Below, in pieces: positions 58,143 through 64,000 of a DNA stretch of 64,000 nt (position 1 is the first letter of the stretch; each line of letters opens with the position of its first letter). The translations under genes were made by a program, and so were the position numbers. Location of the stretch: positions 2,912,001-2,976,000 of the forward strand of contig CBDBDQ010000005.1 in NCBI GenBank assembly GCA_965203905.1, given 5' to 3'. The stretch comes from Spirochaetia bacterium. Its GTDB lineage: Bacteria; Spirochaetota; Spirochaetia; SZUA-6; Bin103. The notes under the pieces are model-generated. The model ran no database searches and had not been told where the DNA came from. It saw nothing but the letters and a program-made list of their open reading frames with translations.

Positions 58143-59330
58143 CTACTGATCGAACGGGTTGCCCATGAATCGCTCGAAGTGGAGCTGCTCCGGGTGAATC
58201 CCGATGGACACCCCGTAATCGCGGGCGGCTCGTATGCTCTCCGGTTCCGCTTCGCTCATCTCCATTACCTTGCCGGGATACGCCACCTTGATCACCCGTT
58301 CGCGCTCGACATGGAAGTACCAGCCGGGCGAGCGTAGCCGCGCCGCGACCTTCCGCATCAGGGAGTCTACGTCCCGGTCCGCGACTTCGACATCGCAGAA
58401 CGTGAACTCGCCGCGGGATCCCTCCCGCTCCAGCCGGCGTTTCGATCTGCCCGTGACCTGGACCAGATCCCAGATTCCCCGGTCGTTCTCCAGCGACTCC
58501 GGGATCAGCACCCCTTTCCACTTCATTTTGCTGCTTCCTCCTGCGCGTCGCACCGCACGTGGCTGGATAGCGATGGACATGCGCACCTCGGCGCCACCGT
58601 CGAACCGCGCCACCGCGCTGCTGCCCGGCGCCACGGGCCGCGGCTCGGTGAGCGAGCCGGTCAGGATCACCGCTCCCGCCGGCAGGGCGATGCCGCGGCG
58701 ACCGAGGCTGTTCACCAGCCAGGCCACCACGTCCAGAGGGTCGCGCCGCCAGGCGCCGGTGTAGGCCGATACCGGATCGCCGCCGTCGACCCGCAGCTCC
58801 ACGGCCACCTGCATCAGGTCGCGCTCGCGCCAGTCGGGCAGCGGCGTCCCGATCACCGCGCCGCCGCTGTTGCCGCTGTCGGCGACCTCGGCAAGCGCGT
58901 CCGGCGGCGTGGCATAACGCGACTGGGTGAGATCGAACGCGGCCACCAACTCGCTCACCGCCGCGAGCGCCGCGGGCTCGTAAGGCCTGCCCTGCGGCGG
59001 AAGCTCGGCGAGCGTGCGGAACGCGAACTCGGTCTCGAGGTTCGCGGCGGGGAAGTCGGCCGCCGGCAACGTCGCGGCATTCGGGTACACGCGCGGCCCG
59101 AACAACGGCCCCGGTATCGGCTGATCCAGGGAGCGCTGACGCATGATGGCAGGAGTCGCGGCGCCGACCTTCCAGCCCACCACCGGCAGGCCGAGGAGTT
59201 CGGTCACGGCGTCCTGGATGGCATACGCCTCGTCCCGGCCGCGCGGCCGGGCAGCGCCAAGGTCCCGGATCGGTTCACCGGATCGCCAGGCGTCAGCCAG
59301 TCGCCGCGCCGCGATGTCGGTGCGCCCCAT
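58143..59330 (-). CDS. 2-keto-4-pentenoate hydratase (FAA hydrolase fold) read in frame into a 127-aa hypothetical protein (58143..58526)
   Basis: AYAIQ, GWKVGA, ETEFAF, ADSGN.G, ILTGS; internal GGAGG plus ATG at 58526. Confidence 0.8.
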   Translation of the reverse strand: MGRTDIAARRLADAWRSGEPIRDLGAARPRGRDEAYAIQDAVTELLGLPVVGWKVGAATPAIMRQRSLDQPIPGPLFGPRVYPNAATLPAADFPAANLETEFAFRTLAELPPQGRPYEPAALAAVSELVAAFDLTQSRYATPPDALAEVADSGNSGGAVIGTPLPDWRERDLMQVAVELRVDGGDPVSAYTGAWRRDPLDVVAWLVNSLGRRGIALPAGAVILTGSLTEPRPVAPGSSAVARFDGGAEVRMSIAIQPRAVRRAGGSSKMKWKGVLIPESLENDRGIWDLVQVTGRSKRRLEREGSRGEFTFCDVEVADRDVDSLMRKVAARLRSPGWYFHVERERVIKVAYPGKVMEMSEAEPESIRAARDYGVSIGIHPEQLHFERFMGNPFDQ

Positions 59331-59337
59331 CGGCGAG

Positions 59338-60219
59338 CTACGCGGCGTACGGGTCTCCCGGTGTGTGCCGGCGCCGCACCGGGCGCTCTTCGAGCCAGTC
59401 CTCCAGGGCGGCCACCCGCTCCGGGTGCCTGCGGCTGCGCGCGAGGAAGCCGACGCCCATGGTCAGCATCGGGTCCTGGCTGGTCGGCTGGTAGCGCAGG
59501 TCGACGGCCCAGCGCACGTGGTCAGAGCGGTTGGGGGTGGAGGAGTGGATGCAGCGGTCGTTGAACAGGATGGCGTCTCCCTTCCGTACCGGCAGCGGCA
59601 GGGGCTGCTTCTCCTTGCCGATATGCTCGGCGTCCACCTCCAGGTAACCCGTGCCGGTTACCTGCTCGTGGTGATAGGAGAGCACCTTCTGGCGGTGGGT
59701 CTGCGGCATGATGTGCAGGCAGCCGTTCTCCAGGGTTGCATCGACCAGCGGCACCCACACCGTGATCACCGGGTTGGCGCTGGCCTGCGGCCAGTACGAC
59801 TTGTCCTGGTGCCACGGCACCGCCCCGGCAGCAACCTTCGGCACCTTGGGCCGCGTGTTGTACACCGGGTTGGCGAAGATCTCGCCGCCGATCGGCGACT
59901 CCACGGCATCGAGAATGACCGGGTTGGCCATCAGCTCGAAATAGCCGGGATCGCGGTCCCGCCAACTGCGGCCGAACTTCAAGAACTCTGCGTCGCTGCG
60001 GCCCGCGAACAGCTCCGCCAGGCGGGACTCGAACGGGCTGTCCCGACGCGCGTCGTCGATCAGGCCATGCGCCAACAGGTCCGCCGCGATCAGGTCAACC
60101 TTGCGCTCCATCGCCGCCCGCGCGGGTCGCAGGTCGGCGTCGCTCAACAGTTGCTCCAGGACCAGGTATCCCTCGCGGTCATAGAAGGCCAGTTGCCCGG
60201 GTGTCAGTCTGCCATGCAT
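59338..60219 (-). CDS. PhyH-family dioxygenase
   Basis: PWHQD, ENGCL, IHSS.PN.S..VRW..DLRY. Confidence 0.92.
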   Translation of the reverse strand: MHGRLTPGQLAFYDREGYLVLEQLLSDADLRPARAAMERKVDLIAADLLAHGLIDDARRDSPFESRLAELFAGRSDAEFLKFGRSWRDRDPGYFELMANPVILDAVESPIGGEIFANPVYNTRPKVPKVAAGAVPWHQDKSYWPQASANPVITVWVPLVDATLENGCLHIMPQTHRQKVLSYHHEQVTGTGYLEVDAEHIGKEKQPLPLPVRKGDAILFNDRCIHSSTPNRSDHVRWAVDLRYQPTSQDPMLTMGVGFLARSRRHPERVAALEDWLEERPVRRRHTPGDPYAA

Positions 60220-60536
60220 GGGAGTGTCGCCATTGGGTACGCGCCGCAGCCCGCCTGTCAAACGGAATCGGCGTATCGGGAGGGCGGCATAGGCACAGTG
60301 CCGCTGAGCGGTAGCGGTTCAGAGTGACACCGTCAAGCCGCAACGCTTTGCGTGTCGCGAGTCCACTACCGCCCCGGTTTGGCCCCGATGGCCCGATGGC
60401 GCCGAGTGTTGCCGAAGTCGCGCACAAGCGGTAGAAACCCACAGGCTGCCGTAGGCATACCGGGATGCGCGAGGTGCGGACCTGCCGCGGACACTACTCG
60501 AAGACCTGGAGTGAGCTGCTGCAAAAGGGAGATGGA

Positions 60537-61586
60537 ATGGATGGAGCAGTCCATGTGACCCGAGCCGTGAGAAGCATCGTGTTCAGCGGCGTCGGGCACG
60601 TGATCGCCGAGGAAACTCGGCAGAGATTCGACGTGGGGCCGCAAGACGTCCTGATCGAAACCCACTACTCGTGTATCAGCGCGGGGACCGAGTTGGCCAA
60701 GCTCTCCGGACTGCAGACCATCGGATTCCCGGCGCACATCGGGAACCGGGCCGTCGGCAGGGTCCTGGAAGTGGGAAGCGAGGTGAACGGCGTCCGGCAG
60801 GGGAATCTGGTGTACAGCCACCTGCACCACACGAGCCACAGTCTGGGGGCTCACCTGGTCTGCCGATTGCCCGATGAACTCGACAGGCCTGCGGCAGCCA
60901 CCTTGGGCTTGGCACTCGTGGCCATGACGGGCGTCCAGACCGCCGGTGCCGAGCTCGGTGATACCGCGGTGGTGGTCGGCGCCGGGCTCGTGGGCCAGTT
61001 CGCAGCCCAACTGCTCGAACGCTCCGGCGTGCGTACGATTCTGGTGGATCTGAAGCCGGGACGGCTCGCCGTAGCCCATGCCTGTGGAGTAACTTACACC
61101 GTGGACGCCTCCGCGGACGATTCCATTGCCGCAGTCATGGAGTTGACGGATGGCGAGGGCGCAGAGGTTGTTTTGGAATGTACCGGGGAGCCCGCCGCGG
61201 TCGAGAGGGTTCCTGGACACGCGCGCCGCGGCGGCACCGTGGTCCTGGTTGGCTCTCCACGAGGCCCCTACCGGGGCGATCTTACCGCCTTCCTCCAGCG
61301 GTTTCATCTTTGGAGAGATCACGGAGATCTGACCCTCAAAGGAGCCCATGAGTGGAAGGTCCCGTTGTACTCGGATGGCCACGGCAAGCACAGCATGGAG
61401 CGCAACTGCCGGATCCTTGCTCGGCTCGTGCTCGAGGGAACTCTGCAACTCGACCCACTGGTCTCGCGGGTCTATGACCCCCGGACCCCCTCCGAGGCGT
61501 ATCGAGAACTGCGGGAGAATGGAGAGCAGATTCTCGGGGCCGTGTTCGACTGGAGACCCGGCTGTACTGCAGAAGGCGGTGATTGA
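60537..61586 (+). CDS. Zinc-binding/MDR-family dehydrogenase
   Basis: SCISAGTE, VVGAGLVG, VLECTG; start uncertain (60537 or 60555). Confidence 0.88.
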   Translation: MDGAVHVTRAVRSIVFSGVGHVIAEETRQRFDVGPQDVLIETHYSCISAGTELAKLSGLQTIGFPAHIGNRAVGRVLEVGSEVNGVRQGNLVYSHLHHTSHSLGAHLVCRLPDELDRPAAATLGLALVAMTGVQTAGAELGDTAVVVGAGLVGQFAAQLLERSGVRTILVDLKPGRLAVAHACGVTYTVDASADDSIAAVMELTDGEGAEVVLECTGEPAAVERVPGHARRGGTVVLVGSPRGPYRGDLTAFLQRFHLWRDHGDLTLKGAHEWKVPLYSDGHGKHSMERNCRILARLVLEGTLQLDPLVSRVYDPRTPSEAYRELRENGEQILGAVFDWRPGCTAEGGD

Positions 61587-61742
61587 CGGGCGAAGGAAGA
61601 TCGCCCCGGCCTCAGTAGGGCGCACCTCCCGGCTGGGTGGGCTCCGCTGCGACTCCTGCTACCAGGTGCTGCCGGCACACCCGTCCGAACCATCGTCGTC
61701 TGGTCAGGCCGCGTGCGTCCCTTAGGTCGCGTCGCGGCTTGT

Positions 61743-61771
61743 TTGACAACCCACGGCGGACGCCGTAAGGT
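61743..61771 (+). promoter_or_regulatory. Sigma70-type promoter
   Basis: TTGACA-N17-TAAGGT upstream of 61837. Confidence 0.6.
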
Positions 61772-61836
61772 ACCCCATTGGGCTGTCCAACGACACGGGA
61801 CCGCATCGAAACCGTTGTATTAAGGAGAGAGGAGAC

Positions 61837-63849
61837 ATGCGCACGTACACGTCACCACTTATCGTGATCGTACTTCTCCAGATTCCGTTGCTGGCCTTCG
61901 CCGGCGCTCAGGAAGAGGAAGCGGGCGCCGCAGCAGAGCAGGCCACCGCGGTCGCCGGGGAAGGCGGCATCATATACCCCACGTTGGCGAACTACGAGGA
62001 GCTTACCGGCAGAACCATCGCCAACTACAATGAAGCCCCGATGCTGCAGGAGTTGGTGGCCGCGGGCGAGCTGCCGCCCGTGGAACAGCGTCTTCCGGAC
62101 GAAGTGCTGGTTGTCGAGCCGTTCTCTGAGATCGGCAAGTACGGCGGCACGCTGCGTCTCGGAGACATGACCACGGTGGCGGTGGACGCCGGAGGTTTGC
62201 GCCGACGCGGGCTATTCTGGTCGTATATGAACGGCTCCGAGTCGGTTCCCAACATGGCCACCGGGTACGAGTGGTCCGATGACGTGAAGACCATAACGAT
62301 ATTTCTGCGGCCGGGCCACAAGTGGTCTGACGGTGAGCCATTCACCACCGAGGACGTCAGGTTCTTTTTCGAAGATGTGCTGATGAACTCGGAGTTGACG
62401 CCTATTATCCCCCCACGATGGTCGCCTGAGGGAAAGCCGGTCAAGTTCATCAACGTCGACTCCCACACGTTTCGCCTCCAGTACCAGGTGCCGTACCCGA
62501 GGATATTCGACGTCTTCCAGCGAGGCACCTTTGGCGGCCAGAACTTCGTCCATGCGCCGATGCATGCCTTGGCGAAGTACCATCTCGGCCACAATTCGAA
62601 GGCCGCGGAACTGGCCACGGAAGAAGGCTTCGAGAACTGGATACAGCTGTACCGGAACCATGCCAGAAAGGGATGGTCATGGGATGAGGATCCGGAGATT
62701 CCCGTGCTCGCCGAGTGGGCCGCAGTCAGCGTCAGCACGGAACTGAAGGTGATGCAGCGAAACCCGTTCTTCCACTGGGTAGACACCGCGGGTAATCAGC
62801 TTCCGTACATCGACAGGATCGAAGATGTTCTGACCCGAGACAACGAGGTGCACAATCTGAGGATCATGTCGGGGGACATTGATCTGGCGGGATTCAGCAC
62901 CCATCCGGAAGACTTCCCGTTGCTGAAGGCTAACGAGGCGGAGGGCAACTACCGAGTAGAGTTGGCCCGCACGCTGCGTGGATCTGAAGCTGCCTTTTTT
63001 CCCAACCTGACGGCCAAGGATACGGTGCTGCGCGAGACCTTTCAAGATGTCCGGTTTCGCCGCGCGCTGTCTCTGGCCATCAACCGAGATGAGCTTAACG
63101 AGCTCGTGTATTTTGGACGAGCAGTTCCGCGACAGGCGGCGCTGCTTCCCGAGGTGAGTTACTACAAGGAGGAGTGGGGCACGGCCTACGCTCAGTATGA
63201 TCCGGAGGAAGCCAGGCGACTTCTGGATGAGATGGGACTCAAGACGGATGACGAAGGAGTCCTCCTGCGTCCCGACGGTACCAAGCTGAGCGCCGTGATA
63301 AATGTTGCCGTTACGGAAGGTTCCCAGGTAAAGGTGGCGGAGCTGGTAAGCCAGTACTGGGCGGAGATCGGATTCACCACGGTGGTAAAGCCGACGTCCA
63401 ATCCCGTGCTGCATCAATTGGTGGAGTCCAATGAGAGCGATATCACCGTGTTCCACCTCGATCGTGCTGGCGAATCGTTCGGTGCTCGCGGGAATCCCTA
63501 CTGGTCCTATCCCGGCGACTCCCAGTTCTGGACCGCATGGCCGTGGACCGTCTGGTTCAAGACTCACGGCGAGGCCGGCGAGGAACCACCGGAGAGTTGG
63601 AAGGCATGGATGAAGGACTGGGACGCCTGGTTCCAGACCGAGACCGGAAGCCCCGAGTACATGGAATTGGCCCACAAGGTGTATGACTTCGTGTCCAGCG
63701 AGCTGTTTGCAATCGGCACGGTTGGCATGTCCCCGTGGGTAATCGTCTACAACGAGGACCTGCGCAACACGCCTCCGTTTGCCACCTGGAGCTCGGATGT
63801 GGACTTCTGGGGTGCCTACATGCCGGCTCAGTTCTATTTCGATCGCTAG
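61837..63849 (+). CDS. ABC substrate-binding protein, family 5 (oligosaccharide-type)
   Basis: EAPML..LV.AGELPPVEQRLP, IGKYGG, KWSDGEPFT, GNQLPYID, FRRALSLAINR. Confidence 0.93.
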   Translation: MRTYTSPLIVIVLLQIPLLAFAGAQEEEAGAAAEQATAVAGEGGIIYPTLANYEELTGRTIANYNEAPMLQELVAAGELPPVEQRLPDEVLVVEPFSEIGKYGGTLRLGDMTTVAVDAGGLRRRGLFWSYMNGSESVPNMATGYEWSDDVKTITIFLRPGHKWSDGEPFTTEDVRFFFEDVLMNSELTPIIPPRWSPEGKPVKFINVDSHTFRLQYQVPYPRIFDVFQRGTFGGQNFVHAPMHALAKYHLGHNSKAAELATEEGFENWIQLYRNHARKGWSWDEDPEIPVLAEWAAVSVSTELKVMQRNPFFHWVDTAGNQLPYIDRIEDVLTRDNEVHNLRIMSGDIDLAGFSTHPEDFPLLKANEAEGNYRVELARTLRGSEAAFFPNLTAKDTVLRETFQDVRFRRALSLAINRDELNELVYFGRAVPRQAALLPEVSYYKEEWGTAYAQYDPEEARRLLDEMGLKTDDEGVLLRPDGTKLSAVINVAVTEGSQVKVAELVSQYWAEIGFTTVVKPTSNPVLHQLVESNESDITVFHLDRAGESFGARGNPYWSYPGDSQFWTAWPWTVWFKTHGEAGEEPPESWKAWMKDWDAWFQTETGSPEYMELAHKVYDFVSSELFAIGTVGMSPWVIVYNEDLRNTPPFATWSSDVDFWGAYMPAQFYFDR

Positions 63850-63858
63850 TGTGCTTGA

Positions 63859-63888
63859 GAGATCCCCCTGACCGGCCAGGGGGGTCTC
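63859..63888 (+). terminator. Intercistronic 12-bp stem-loop after the binding-protein gene
   Basis: GAGATCCCCCTG-ACCGGC-CAGGGGGGTCTC; no U-tract, so more likely an mRNA stabiliser than a terminator. Confidence 0.55.
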
Positions 63889-63925
63889 CTCAGTGTGCCG
63901 ATCGTCCTGCCAATCAGGGAGCAGC

Positions 63926-64000
63926 ATGACCGCCTATCTCGCGCGCCGATGCGCCTACATGATCGTCTCACTGTGGATCATGTCGATCCTTGCCTTCATT
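63926..64000 (+). CDS. ABC permease (DppB-like), runs out of window
   Basis: MTAYLARRCAYMIVSLWIMSILAFI after RBS GGGAG. Confidence 0.8.
   Translation, partial: MTAYLARRCAYMIVSLWIMSILAFI

Overview
High-GC (roughly 65-70% by eye) bacterial chromosome segment. Solute-binding proteins with 'AGGEEE/AGAQEEE/AGGEGE' N-termini suggest a Spirochaetota genome, and the many PhyH dioxygenases and ABC importers resemble marine or sponge-associated lineages; both points are inference. Most of the window is catabolic: six ABC-importer clusters or binding proteins (no ATPase gene seen), SDR, Gfo/Idh/MocA, Zn-type and Ldh_2 dehydrogenases, TIM-barrel isomerases, five PhyH copies, cobO, an aminotransferase and a tRNA-Asp. 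The most striking structure is a lower-GC defence hotspot at about 17.6-31.3 kb. It holds an MTase plus PLD-nuclease pair, an SMC-like ABC ATPase, an Mrr-NACHT protein, and HicB and HEPN remnants. Each cargo block follows another copy of the 3' part of a host gene: three copies of the phyH-GH5/cupin end on +, and two copies of an aminotransferase end on -. The copies have different breakpoints and allele-like divergence, and no integrase is visible. This suggests integrase-free tandem accretion of defence cassettes by homology-anchored recombination. Also present: an Rpn gene with an intragenic start, a repeat-variable coiled-coil PD-(D/E)XK gene, a probably leaderless HNH gene, a kinase-receiver-wHTH fusion, and IS remnants. 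All calls come from reading motifs by eye; no database searches were run.
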